64,000 nt of DNA from Ruthenibacterium sp. Lineage in GTDB: Bacteria > Bacillota > Clostridia > Oscillospirales > Ruminococcaceae. Each line of letters starts with the position of its first letter. The stretch's first letter is position 1. Position numbers and translations under genes: made by a program. This document shows, piece after piece, positions 1 to 9,432 of the stretch. The stretch is taken from assembly GCA_036642215.1 (NCBI GenBank), contig JAVXUG010000001.1, positions 11,896-75,895 on the forward strand, given 5' to 3'. Under the pieces are notes generated by a model. The model worked only from the letters and a program-made list of their open reading frames with translations. It was not told the DNA's origin and made no database searches.

Positions 1-2427
1 CGTTATCTGACGGGCGGCGGTGTCATAACTTGCAAGCTTGATATTGTCCTTGTCAAGCTCAATAAACGCGCGGCGGTCGCGCCCGACAACCAAGCTGGAA
101 TCCGGCTGCACAAAACGGTGCAGCGAGACAGCGCCCTGCTTGCCGGCAGCAATTGCGTCGATGGCGAATTTCGGGCCGGTGTATACATCGCCGCCTACAA
201 AAATGTCCGGCTCAGCTGTTTGATAGGTGACGGGGTCAGCCACAGCACCTTTGCCGCGACCAAGCTCCACCCTTGTGTCCTTGAGCAAATCGCCCCATAA
301 AATGCTCTGTCCGATGCTGAGAACAATATGCTCGCAAGGAACCGTGACAGTTTCTGCCTCGTCATAGCTCGGACTGAAATTGCCGTTTTCGTCAAAGGCT
401 GAGATGCATTTTTTAAACACAATGCCGGTCACTTTACCGTTTTCCGTCTTGATTTCTTTCGGACCCCAGCCGCAGTGGATGGCGATGCTCTCGTCCTCGG
501 CCTCGGCAATTTCCTCAAGCGAGGCGGGCATCTTTTCGCGTGTCTCAAGGCAGTACATCGCAACCGTGTCTGCGCCGCAGCGCGTGCTTGTGCGCGCCGC
601 ATCAATGGCAACGTTGCCGCCGCCGACCACGACCGTGCGCCCCGTTACGGTATAGCTGGCATTTTCGCCCACGTTGCGTAAAAAATCGACGGCGGTCAGC
701 ACGTCCGCAGCATCTTCGCCCGGAATGCCCGCTTTTCTGCCGCCCTGACAGCCGATGGCAACATAAAACGCCTGATAACCCTGCTCTCGCAATTGCGCAA
801 GCGAAACATCCTTGCCAATTTCAACGCCGCATTTGATTTCCACGCCCATTTGACGCAGCACGTCAATTTCGGCGGCGACGACATCTTTTTCCAATTTATA
901 GGAGGGGATGCCATAGACAAGCATGCCGCCGGGCAGCTCATTTTTTTCAAATACTGTTGGCTTGTAGCCTTTTTCTGCCAGATAATATGCACAGGAAAGT
1001 CCGGCAGGTCCCGCGCCGACGATGGCGATTTTTTCTTGGAACAGGCCGCGGTTTGAGGGCTGAATCACCGGCGGGATATAGCGGTTTTTCGCGTTTAAAT
1101 CCTGCTGCGCAATAAATTTTTTCACCTCGTCGATGGCGATGGCGTTATCGACGGTGCCGCGTGTGCACGCATCCTCACAGCGGCGGTTACAAACGCGTCC
1201 GCACACGGCGGGGAACGGATTTTCTTTTTTAATCAGCGCCAGCGCCTCTGTATAGCGCCCCTGCGCCGCCATTTTTAAATATCCCTGCACACCGATATGT
1301 GCAGGACAAGCTGTTTTGCAGGGCGCTGTGCCGGTGTCATAGCAATTGATGCGATTTTTATCGCGGTAGTCCTCCGTCCACTTTTCGGGGCTCCACTTCA
1401 CGGTGTCCGGCAGCTCCTGCTGCGGATAGGCAATCGGTCCGTCCTTTGTGCACAGCTTTTGTCCCAGCTTGACTGCGCCCGCGGGACAGTATTCTACGCA
1501 GCGCCCACAGGCGACACAGTCCTCGGTTTTCACCTCTGCCACATAGGCCGAGCGCGATAGGTTTGGCGTATTGAATAGCATTGAGGTGCGCAACGCATAG
1601 CACACATTGACATTGCAGTTGCAAATGGCAAAAATTTTGTTTTCGCCATCAATATTGGTGATTTGATGCACAAAGCCGTTGTCCTCGGCATGCTTTAAAA
1701 TGCGAAGCACCTCGTCATAATCGACATAGTGTCCCTTGTGCGTCTCCACAAGATAATCGGCCATGTCTCCCACACCGATGCACCAGTCCTCAGGGTCATC
1801 GGCACAGCCCTCGCCCAGAACGCAGCGCGACATACGGCACGAGCACGGGCTTGCGGCATATTTTCCGTCATACTTTTTCAGCCAGTGCGAGATATGCTCC
1901 ACATCCACAGACTGATTTTCAGTCTCGATGGCCTTTTCAACGGGAATTACGTGCATGCCGATGCCTGCACCGCCCTGTGGTACCATGGGCGTAATTTTTT
2001 CCAGCGGCAGACGCGACATCTGTTCAAAAAAGCTGGCAAGCTCTGGATGCTCCTCCAACTGTTTTTTATTCATGTTGGTAAACTCGGCGCTGCCCGGCAC
2101 AAACATCGGCAGGACATACTGTCTTATATGCTCGGAATTTTCCCAGTTATATTCTAAAAGTCCGATATAACTCATCTCATACAAAAGTTTTTCAAGGCTG
2201 TCCGCATCCTTACCGGTGGCCTGTGCAAGCTGTGCCAGTGTCATGGGACGGCGCACCTTCATCTTTAATGCCACCGCCGCCATTTCGTCCGTCACCACGC
2301 CGGCAAGCCCCCAATATTCAGGATCCTCCACGGTCACTGTGTGTCCGATGCGGTCAGTGATTTTCTGCCCCAGCTTTAAAATAAGTTCGCGGGGGGCCTG
2401 TGTTTTCTGCGTGCTGTTTTCCGTCAT
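1..2427 (-). CDS. Large Fe-S flavoprotein / FAD-dependent pyridine nucleotide-disulfide oxidoreductase (GltD/PreT-like core with N-terminal extension); 3' end runs off the window
   Basis: Absent from the ORF track because it has no stop in the window. Hand translation from ATG at 2427 (RBS GGAGG upstream) gives MTENSTQKTQAPRELILKLGQKITDRIG..., CNCNVNVC, ferredoxin-type CVACGRCVEYCP, CKTACPAH, CGRVCNRRCEDAC, IAIVGAGPAGLSC and VVVGGGNVAID, and the same frame is open at base 1. Confidence 0.9.
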   Translation of the reverse strand, partial: MTENSTQKTQAPRELILKLGQKITDRIGHTVTVEDPEYWGLAGVVTDEMAAVALKMKVRRPMTLAQLAQATGKDADSLEKLLYEMSYIGLLEYNWENSEHIRQYVLPMFVPGSAEFTNMNKKQLEEHPELASFFEQMSRLPLEKITPMVPQGGAGIGMHVIPVEKAIETENQSVDVEHISHWLKKYDGKYAASPCSCRMSRCVLGEGCADDPEDWCIGVGDMADYLVETHKGHYVDYDEVLRILKHAEDNGFVHQITNIDGENKIFAICNCNVNVCYALRTSMLFNTPNLSRSAYVAEVKTEDCVACGRCVEYCPAGAVKLGQKLCTKDGPIAYPQQELPDTVKWSPEKWTEDYRDKNRINCYDTGTAPCKTACPAHIGVQGYLKMAAQGRYTEALALIKKENPFPAVCGRVCNRRCEDACTRGTVDNAIAIDEVKKFIAQQDLNAKNRYIPPVIQPSNRGLFQEKIAIVGAGPAGLSCAYYLAEKGYKPTVFEKNELPGGMLVYGIPSYKLEKDVVAAEIDVLRQMGVEIKCGVEIGKDVSLAQLREQGYQAFYVAIGCQGGRKAGIPGEDAADVLTAVDFLRNVGENASYTVTGRTVVVGGGNVAIDAARTSTRCGADTVAMYCLETREKMPASLEEIAEAEDESIAIHCGWGPKEIKTENGKVTGIVFKKCISAFDENGNFSPSYDEAETVTVPCEHIVLSIGQSILWGDLLKDTRVELGRGKGAVADPVTYQTAEPDIFVGGDVYTGPKFAIDAIAAGKQGAVSLHRFVQPDSSLVVGRDRRAFIELDKDNIKLASYDTAARQIT

Positions 2428-2511
2428 GTCCTCCGGCTCCTTTCCAAATGCGCTCTGTGCGCTGCGTGCGTCAGAGCATCCCCTTAGCTGCGCGCTAAGC
2501 CGGTGCTGCTC

Positions 2512-2658
2512 TGGCTATACCAATCTTTGTTAATAGTTTAACTCTCCAAGAATTTCACGTCAACTGATTCTGCTTTTTTTGGTGGTTACCATAAATTTTC
2601 GGCTTGTCAATTGACAAGATGTATGATAAAATAGCACTTTGGTATTTGGTATAGCCAC
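2512..2658. promoter_or_regulatory. Divergent promoters with two inverted copies of the operator-like TTGGTATAGCCA (2512-2523 on -, 2647-2658 on +)
   Basis: Minus strand: TTGACG(2563-2558)-17-TAAACT(2540-2535). Plus strand: TTGTCA(2604-2609)-17-TAAAAT(2627-2632). An identical 12-mer lies just downstream of each promoter and resembles FadR-subfamily TGGT-N3-ACCA boxes. Confidence 0.6.
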
Positions 2659-2679
2659 AACCAGTAAGGAGAAACGCCG

Positions 2680-3390
2680 ATGGACTTTGAAAAGCTATCC
2701 GCGCCCAGCTTAAAAGACCTGTTTGTACAACAGCTACAGGACAAAATTTTATCGGGAGAGGTGCCCATGGGGACGCAGCTGCCGCCCGAACGAGAGCTTG
2801 CGCAGCAGATGCAGGTAAGCCGCGCGGTGGTGAACGGCGGCCTTGCCGAGTTGGCAGCACAAGGCTTTTTAGAGGTGCGTCCGCGTCAAGGCTCCTGTGT
2901 TGCCGATTACCGCCGCAAGGGCAATCTGAGCACCTTGATTTCCATTATGGAATATCAGGGAGGCGTGCTCGGCAAGGAGGAGATTCGCTCTATCCTGGAA
3001 GTGAGACAGGCACTGGAGCATCTTGCAGCTTCGCGTGCCATCGCGCATGCCTCCGACGAGGCAATGGCGCATCTTGGTGACATTGTGGCACATTTGGCTG
3101 CCGCGCAAACCGTTGCGCAGGCGGCAGAAGCCGCCTTTTCCTTTCAGCATGAGCTGGCCTTTGTCGGTGGCAACAGCATTCTTCCGCTGATTTACTATTC
3201 TTTTAAAGCACCGGTTATAACGCTATGGATACGGTTCTGCCGGCTGTACGGCATCGAAGCTTTGTGCCGCAACACAGAAATATTATACACGCATCTTTGT
3301 GCCCGCGACGCAGCTGCTGCCGCGCAATGGATTGACAAGTATCTGGAGCAAGCCATCAACGGCAGCCAGCAGATTTACACGGAGCGGTAA
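2680..3390 (+). CDS. GntR/FadR-family transcriptional regulator (FCD domain)
   Basis: N-terminal GntR wHTH (LPPERELAQQMQVSRAVV...L...G...VRPRQGS) with an FCD-like C-terminus; RBS AGGAG. Confidence 0.93.
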   Translation: MDFEKLSAPSLKDLFVQQLQDKILSGEVPMGTQLPPERELAQQMQVSRAVVNGGLAELAAQGFLEVRPRQGSCVADYRRKGNLSTLISIMEYQGGVLGKEEIRSILEVRQALEHLAASRAIAHASDEAMAHLGDIVAHLAAAQTVAQAAEAAFSFQHELAFVGGNSILPLIYYSFKAPVITLWIRFCRLYGIEALCRNTEILYTHLCARDAAAAAQWIDKYLEQAINGSQQIYTER

Positions 3391-3423
3391 CCGCAACAGA
3401 ATGATGATAGCATGAGCCATTGC

Positions 3424-3472
3424 AAAACAGGTTGGCGGGTTTCACCGATGAAATTTGCCAGCCTGTTTTTTT
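3424..3472 (+). terminator. Rho-independent terminator after gntR
   Basis: aaaacaggttggc...gccagcctgttttttt stem followed by a T run. Confidence 0.75.
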
Positions 3473-3693
3473 GTATAAAACTGTAATAAAATATGTTATA
3501 ATAATGCGTACTGAACAAAGTCGCGTTGTGACAATGGCTGAATTGCCGCGCGAATCAACCGCATTGCGGTTGATTCAGCAGCCATTATAATAAGCGACTT
3601 CAAAAGATATAAGGCAAGTGGCAAACGAGATAAAAAATGCTGCAAATGCCTTACACGAGACAAAATCATCCGATACACGAAAGAGAGCTCTCC

Positions 3694-4638
3694 ATGCAGA
3701 CTATTTTAATCGCTGCCCCAACACGACTTGACGCTGCCATTTCCAATGCTTTTCCCGCGCTGTCCGGTGGACGGCTGCACAAATATTTGCGGGAGAATAA
3801 AATTAAAGTCAACGGGAAAAAGCTGCCGTTAAACGCACGTCTTGTTCCCGGTGACAAAGTTTTTCTGTATTTGCCGGATCACATCGTTTCATCGCCGGAG
3901 GGTCCTCTTTTTTTACAGGCACGGCGAGAATTTACGGCTGTGTATGAGGATGATGCAATCCTGGTTGCAGACAAGCCCGCCGGCTTACCCGTTGCGGATG
4001 AAATAGGTGCGACTGCAGATACCCTGTTAAACCGCGCGCTTTTATATTTATATGACAAAGGCACATGGCAACCGGAGAATGCGTTTACGCCGTGTTTATG
4101 CCATCGCTTGGATACGGGCACCTCCGGACTTGTACTGCTTGCAAAAAGCGCTGCTGCCGAGCAATGTCTTTGCACTATGCTGCAATCGCGCGAAATTACA
4201 AAAAAATATCTCTGTGTTACGTTTGGCTGGCCACAGCCAAAAAGCGCCACACTGCATGGCTATTTAAAAAAAGATGCAGCGCGCGGCATTGTCACGATAG
4301 TTTCGCGCGCGGATGACAGCGCAAAGAAAATTATCACCTGCTATCATACGCTGACCACAAGCGGCAGGCTCGCCCTGCTTGAGGTGGAGCTTGTCACCGG
4401 TCGCACGCATCAAATCCGCGCACATTTGGCTTCTATCGGCTGTCCCATTCTCGGTGACAGCAAATATGGCGACAACGCCGCCAACCGCGTGTATAAGATG
4501 AAATATCAAGCGCTTTGCGCACATTCGATCACCTTTCCCGACTTGATTCACGCGCCATGTGAAGCACTGTGCGGCGTGACGCTGACAGCAAAGCAGCCAT
4601 GGTATGTACAGCAAATACTGGAGGGTAGTTTAAAATAG
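3694..4638 (+). CDS. RluA-family pseudouridine synthase (S4 + catalytic domain)
   Basis: HRLDTGTSG catalytic motif, DKPAGL and TGRTHQIRAHLASIGCPILGDSKYG; start moved to the Met at 3694. Confidence 0.95.
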   Translation: MQTILIAAPTRLDAAISNAFPALSGGRLHKYLRENKIKVNGKKLPLNARLVPGDKVFLYLPDHIVSSPEGPLFLQARREFTAVYEDDAILVADKPAGLPVADEIGATADTLLNRALLYLYDKGTWQPENAFTPCLCHRLDTGTSGLVLLAKSAAAEQCLCTMLQSREITKKYLCVTFGWPQPKSATLHGYLKKDAARGIVTIVSRADDSAKKIITCYHTLTTSGRLALLEVELVTGRTHQIRAHLASIGCPILGDSKYGDNAANRVYKMKYQALCAHSITFPDLIHAPCEALCGVTLTAKQPWYVQQILEGSLK

Positions 4639-4657
4639 CACCACAACAAGCCCATAT

Positions 4658-4709
4658 AAAAAAGCAGCTCAGTGCCGCAGTAAACTTCTACGGTACCGAG
4701 CTGCTTTTT
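4658..4709. terminator. Bidirectional terminator between convergent rluA and rnmV
   Basis: aaaaaagcagctc...gagctgcttttt inverted repeat. Confidence 0.7.
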
Positions 4710-5287
4710 GGTGTCGATGCCAAAAATTCCTCGTAGGTATATAAGCTGTTTAACACTTCGCACAGCGCTTTTTTAGATAAGCGCGGCGGCAGTCCCAGTG
4801 CTTGCAGCCACGCGCGCCGCAGCGTCGCGCTTCCCTGCGTGCCGGAAAGGCCAAGCTCATACAAGTCCGCATAGGTAATCTGTCGGCCGTTCTTTTTTTG
4901 CTGAGCACTTGCGCCCGCTGTGCGCAGCGCCTGCAAAATTGCTGCGCCCGATACTCCCTCTACGCCAAGCAGTCCCTCGCACGACGGCTTCGGCTTTCGG
5001 CTTTCTTTTCCGGGCACCGCCGGAATATAGGCGTTCTTCACCGTGATTCCCTGTGCAAGTTGGTTCAGATAAGTGCGGATGCGAAAGCCCGCCGCATCGG
5101 AATCCGTCAACACAAGAATGCCGCGCTTTTTTCCAAGCGATAAAATTAAATCCTTCGTCTCCGTCGCCGTAAAAACCGAAAAGCCGCCCGTTGGAATAAT
5201 CAGCGCGTCCACAAGATCTGCAAGCTTTGCGGCATCGTATTTCCCCTCTACTACAATCACTTCTTCAATCCGCGGTTTTTCCATCAT
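4688..5287 (-). CDS. rnmV: Ribonuclease M5-like Toprim protein (DUF4093 C-terminus)
   Basis: IVVEGKYD, ILVLTDSDAAGFRIR, EGLLGVEG and LYELGLSG; ATGA overlap with the holA stop. Confidence 0.8.
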   Translation of the reverse strand: MMEKPRIEEVIVVEGKYDAAKLADLVDALIIPTGGFSVFTATETKDLILSLGKKRGILVLTDSDAAGFRIRTYLNQLAQGITVKNAYIPAVPGKESRKPKPSCEGLLGVEGVSGAAILQALRTAGASAQQKKNGRQITYADLYELGLSGTQGSATLRRAWLQALGLPPRLSKKALCEVLNSLYTYEEFLASTPKSSSVP

Positions 5288-6312
5288 CTCACCCCTACTG
5301 CCGAAATTTCGCACAGCGCTGTTTGCAGTAATGCCACGCTGTCCGCCGCAGAGCTTTTCAATTGCAGATCAAGCTTGCAGAGCAAAAAAAGAATTGTTTC
5401 CAACTGCTGCTTTGTATATCCGGATGCTGTTTCCGCCGATTTTTTCAATCGGTAATCGCTGCCACGATAAGCAAAATCTTTAAATACTGCCGCATAATTA
5501 CGCTTTTGCTGTCCGCCGCATTTTACGCGATACAAATCCACAAAGGAGCCGGCAAGCGCCGCCGTGACGGCAATCGGCTCGTTTTGCAAATCCAGCAGCT
5601 GGCGCAGTTTCTCAAGCGCGCGCGGAAGCTGCCGCGCCGTGACTGCACGCACCATCTCAAATACATCCGCTTCAATGTTCTGCGTGCTCATGCGTTGAAT
5701 CAGTTCGCGGGAGATTTCGCCGTACTGTGCGCAGGCTGCAAGCTTTTCAAGCTCGGTTTGCAGCGCAAAATATTCTGTTCCCGTTCGCTCAATCAGCGCT
5801 GATGCTGCTGTCGGAAAAAGCGTCGCGCCAAGCGAAGCCGCATATTCGGCGGCAAAACGCTTTGCGTCCTGCGGCGCGGGTTTGCTTAGTTCCGCCGCAA
5901 AGCCTGTTTTCTCTGCCGCCGCAATCAATTGCTTTGCCTTTTTTGTTGTTTTTGCTTTGTCATCCTTGAAGACCGTCGTCAAAACCAACGTCGCATTTTC
6001 AAGGCTTTGCATGATATCGCACAGTGCCGCCACATCGGCATCGTTCATTGCCGCCGGCTCCAGCAGAGATATCTCCACAATGCGTTTTGTGCCAAAAAAC
6101 GAAATGGTTCCCGCCGCTGCAACAATTTCTTCCATCGACGGCACGGGACCGTCAACGCGTGTTACCTCGGCACCCGTGTCGTGCAAAAGCCGCGCAACGG
6201 TCTTGCGCGCATAGCTCTGTACAAGATAATCCTCTGTGGAAAAATAATAAAATACGCTGTATTTTTCCGGGGCCTCCAGCGCTTTTATAACGTTTGCTTC
6301 ATGAAAAATCAA
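5284..6312 (-). CDS. holA: DNA polymerase III delta subunit
   Basis: GTISFFGTKRIVEI, ELEKLAA and DVFEMVRAV pattern; canonical position downstream of comEC; probable TTG start at 6312 after GAGGAG. Confidence 0.88.
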   Translation of the reverse strand: MIFHEANVIKALEAPEKYSVFYYFSTEDYLVQSYARKTVARLLHDTGAEVTRVDGPVPSMEEIVAAAGTISFFGTKRIVEISLLEPAAMNDADVAALCDIMQSLENATLVLTTVFKDDKAKTTKKAKQLIAAAEKTGFAAELSKPAPQDAKRFAAEYAASLGATLFPTAASALIERTGTEYFALQTELEKLAACAQYGEISRELIQRMSTQNIEADVFEMVRAVTARQLPRALEKLRQLLDLQNEPIAVTAALAGSFVDLYRVKCGGQQKRNYAAVFKDFAYRGSDYRLKKSAETASGYTKQQLETILFLLCKLDLQLKSSAADSVALLQTALCEISAVGVR

Positions 6313-8455
6313 GTTCGGCTCCTCTCCATACAATGGATTGATTTTGTCGTATGACCAGACACAGCTCCTGCTGTACACGGCGGCGCTGCATGGAAAGCGA
6401 CGTGCTGTTTTGCAACCACGCAGGTGTACTGCCCGGCATCAGCAGTATTTTGCAATTCATATGATAAGGCTCGCTCCTGCCGGCCAGATATACATTGGAC
6501 GTGGGGTAAGCCGCTAAATCCACTCTGCCGCACGATGTTCCGACCGTAAAGCCCCCGCAATCCACACTGGCATAGTTGCCACCCTTTTGATGGTTTACTG
6601 TAATGATGATACCACGAAACGGCACAAAAGCGGCATGATTGATCAGCGCTTCCGCCTGCACGCTCTCCCGCGCGCAAAGCTGCTGCGCCAGCGTTGCCGT
6701 ATCCCCTGTGCGGCGCAAATCCACGACAATGTCCACCGTATCACGGTTATATTGTTCAAGATAATCCTGCACGGCCGCAACATTTCCCTCCCGACCGCGA
6801 AAAACGACTGCGGTATGCAGCTGCTTTGTCACCACAAGCGCGGGTTCCTTGCTGCCGCCTATGACGGCGACGCGCACAATATCCCGATCCAGCCCTGCAT
6901 ACAGGACTGCGCACAGCAGCACAAACAGTGTCGCCAGTGCTATGTTTCTGCGCAAAGAAAAACGCAGCCGTTTTCCCGTGTAAAAAAGCGCCGCTGCCCC
7001 CAGTATCGTCAGCACCGCCGGCACGCCGGACACATGCACAACCGCCCACGGTAATTTGTAAGCCCATTGCGCAATGGCATACAACAGCCGCGTACAGATA
7101 CCGCAGCAGAGTCCGGCGGTACGTGCAATCGGCTCCAACCAAATCGAACCGTTCCAACAGCCTAAAATCAACCCGCCTGTCACAATAATTCCCAACAGCG
7201 GCACGGCAAGCAAATTACACAAAACACCCACCAGAGACACACCGATTCCCGCCGCCGCCAATACAGGCAGCGTTGTCAAGGTTGTCGCCACAGGGACAGC
7301 AACCGCGTTGAGCAGTCTGCGACACCAAAAGCGGAGTCTTGCCCGCACCCTATCTTGTATGGCATCTTCCGCCAATTCATCTGCTTTCCCCTCTGCTGTC
7401 TGCGCCTCAAACTGCTGTTCTGTAAACGCGCCTGCCAGTAAAACCCCCAGAGTGGCGGAAAACGAGAGCAGTGTGCTGATATCAACTGCCGCGTAAGGAT
7501 TTATTATGCACATCACAAGTGCGGCAAAGCCAAGCGAGGTAAGCGTATCGCTTTGCCGGCTGCAAACCTGTGCGCCATAATACAGCAATACCGCAAGGCC
7601 GGAGCGAACAATCGACGGAGTAAAGCCGGTTACCGCGGCAAACAGCACCGCCGCGACGATACCGCCCAGTGCCGCCCATTTCCGGCGCACAAAAAAATGC
7701 AGTAGTCCATAGGAAAAGCTGCACACAATGCCAAGATGCAAACCCGATACCACAAGCGCATGGGAAATGCCTGCGCTGCGAAAAGAGCTTTTGATGTCAT
7801 CCGTAAGCCGTGACTTGTCACCGATCGCCATTGCCGAGGCAATCGCGCCGACATCTCCGGGCCAATACCGGCAGATACCCGCAGAAATATTCTCGCGGAT
7901 CCGCTTGCCGGTAATTTCCGGTGATTGTGAATCTTCCAGCCATTCGCAGTCGGTCACATCCGTTGCGGCAAGGTAAACATTTTTTGCATAGTGCGCAAAA
8001 AGATAGGAGTCTTGCTCTAAAGGTGCAAAGCTTGTCATAAAACGCACTTGCTGCCCCATGACAGCACCCGGAAATGCGTTTGCGGTCACTTTAAAGGAAT
8101 GCGAAAACCCGGCCTTGTCATAGTCGGTCACGCGCAGCGTGGCACGCACAGTGTCCCCGGTATAACCCGGAGACGTTTCCAGCACGGTAGCAGTCGCTGC
8201 ACCGCGCGTATCTGCTAGCACAAGCATCGGCTGCATCCACAGCCGCACATAACCCATGCGCAGAAGCAATGCCGCGCACACAACGCACATTGCTAGGCAG
8301 GCATAGCTGCACAGCGGAGCGTACCGCCACAAGCACACCAGAAATAAAACAACCAAAAATGCCGCAAACAACCACATGGCCGTCTGCGGCAGAAAGGCGG
8401 CCAGCAGCTGTGTCAAGAAAAACAATATTCCTGCAAGGGCAACCGGCCGCCGCAT
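6299..8455 (-). CDS. comEC: ComEC/Rec2-family DNA uptake channel
   Basis: Competence-domain motifs AGISHALVVSGLHLG, TGFTPSIVRSG and NPYAAVDISTLLSFSATLG; many TM segments. Confidence 0.92.
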   Translation of the reverse strand: MRRPVALAGILFFLTQLLAAFLPQTAMWLFAAFLVVLFLVCLWRYAPLCSYACLAMCVVCAALLLRMGYVRLWMQPMLVLADTRGAATATVLETSPGYTGDTVRATLRVTDYDKAGFSHSFKVTANAFPGAVMGQQVRFMTSFAPLEQDSYLFAHYAKNVYLAATDVTDCEWLEDSQSPEITGKRIRENISAGICRYWPGDVGAIASAMAIGDKSRLTDDIKSSFRSAGISHALVVSGLHLGIVCSFSYGLLHFFVRRKWAALGGIVAAVLFAAVTGFTPSIVRSGLAVLLYYGAQVCSRQSDTLTSLGFAALVMCIINPYAAVDISTLLSFSATLGVLLAGAFTEQQFEAQTAEGKADELAEDAIQDRVRARLRFWCRRLLNAVAVPVATTLTTLPVLAAAGIGVSLVGVLCNLLAVPLLGIIVTGGLILGCWNGSIWLEPIARTAGLCCGICTRLLYAIAQWAYKLPWAVVHVSGVPAVLTILGAAALFYTGKRLRFSLRRNIALATLFVLLCAVLYAGLDRDIVRVAVIGGSKEPALVVTKQLHTAVVFRGREGNVAAVQDYLEQYNRDTVDIVVDLRRTGDTATLAQQLCARESVQAEALINHAAFVPFRGIIITVNHQKGGNYASVDCGGFTVGTSCGRVDLAAYPTSNVYLAGRSEPYHMNCKILLMPGSTPAWLQNSTSLSMQRRRVQQELCLVIRQNQSIVWRGAELDFS

Positions 8456-8458
8456 GGC

Positions 8459-8998
8459 TTACTTGAAGAACAAAGGAAGCGGCTCTAAAAACACAATGTC
8501 TGTGCGCTCCGCGGCATCGCCCTCGGCCAATACCGCCGCACGGCAGACAATTTTGCCCTTGCTTTTACCCACTAAGGTTTCCAGTGCATGCAAACTGCCG
8601 CCCGAACTGATGACATCATCCACGATCAGTATGCGCTTTCCATCCATCTCATCAAGATATTTTTGATCAATGACAAGGCGCTGTGCCGCCTCGGTCGTAA
8701 TGGATTGATCCTCTACAATGACAGGCGCTTCCATATACAGCTTCACGCCTTTGCGCGCGGGAATATATGTTTTTCCGCTCTGCCGCGCCATTTCATAGGC
8801 AAGGGGAATCCCCTTTGCCTCCGCTGTCACAATCATATCAAACGCGGGCACTTTTTCAAGCAACGCGGTTGCGCAGGCAACCGTCAGCTCCACGTCACTG
8901 AACATGACAAACGCAGCAATGTCCATTTTGTCATTCACCGCGCAGATAGGAAGCTCACGCGTCACACCGGCAACTGTCAGCGAATAGGTCTTACGCAT
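8459..8998 (-). CDS. Purine (adenine-like) phosphoribosyltransferase
   Basis: PRPP-binding motif RILIVDDVISSGGSL and TAEAKGIPLA. Confidence 0.88.
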   Translation of the reverse strand: MRKTYSLTVAGVTRELPICAVNDKMDIAAFVMFSDVELTVACATALLEKVPAFDMIVTAEAKGIPLAYEMARQSGKTYIPARKGVKLYMEAPVIVEDQSITTEAAQRLVIDQKYLDEMDGKRILIVDDVISSGGSLHALETLVGKSKGKIVCRAAVLAEGDAAERTDIVFLEPLPLFFK

Positions 8999-9063
8999 TT
9001 AAAATTCTCTCCTTTATAGGCGGCTGAAAGTACAGCCGCCGTTTTCTGATGATGGTGTGCATC

Positions 9064-9405
9064 TCAGCCCGGCGGCCACGCGAGACTGCGTTTTGCCAGC
9101 ACATGAAAATGCAGATGCGGCACGCTTTGTCCGCCGTCTCTGCCGCAATTTGTCACGACACGATAGCCTTTTACAAGGTTCATTTCTGCCGCTAACGTTG
9201 CAATGACGGCAAAAATATGACCCACGACAGCAGCGTTTTCCTTTGTAATATCCGCCGGGGACGCAATATGCTGCTTTGGAACAACGAGAAAATGCACAGG
9301 TGCCTGAGGGTCAATATCATAGAATGCCAGTACCGTATCGTCCTCATACACCTTATTCACGGGAATTTCCCCCGCAATCATTTTGCAAAACAGACAATCT
9401 TCCAT
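9064..9405 (-). CDS. hinT: Histidine triad (HIT) nucleotide-binding protein
   Basis: DCLFCKMIAGEIP and QSVPHLHFHVL (HxHxH). Confidence 0.95.
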   Translation of the reverse strand: MEDCLFCKMIAGEIPVNKVYEDDTVLAFYDIDPQAPVHFLVVPKQHIASPADITKENAAVVGHIFAVIATLAAEMNLVKGYRVVTNCGRDGGQSVPHLHFHVLAKRSLAWPPG

Positions 9406-9432
9406 AAAAATTCCTCCTTAACGGGGATGAAT

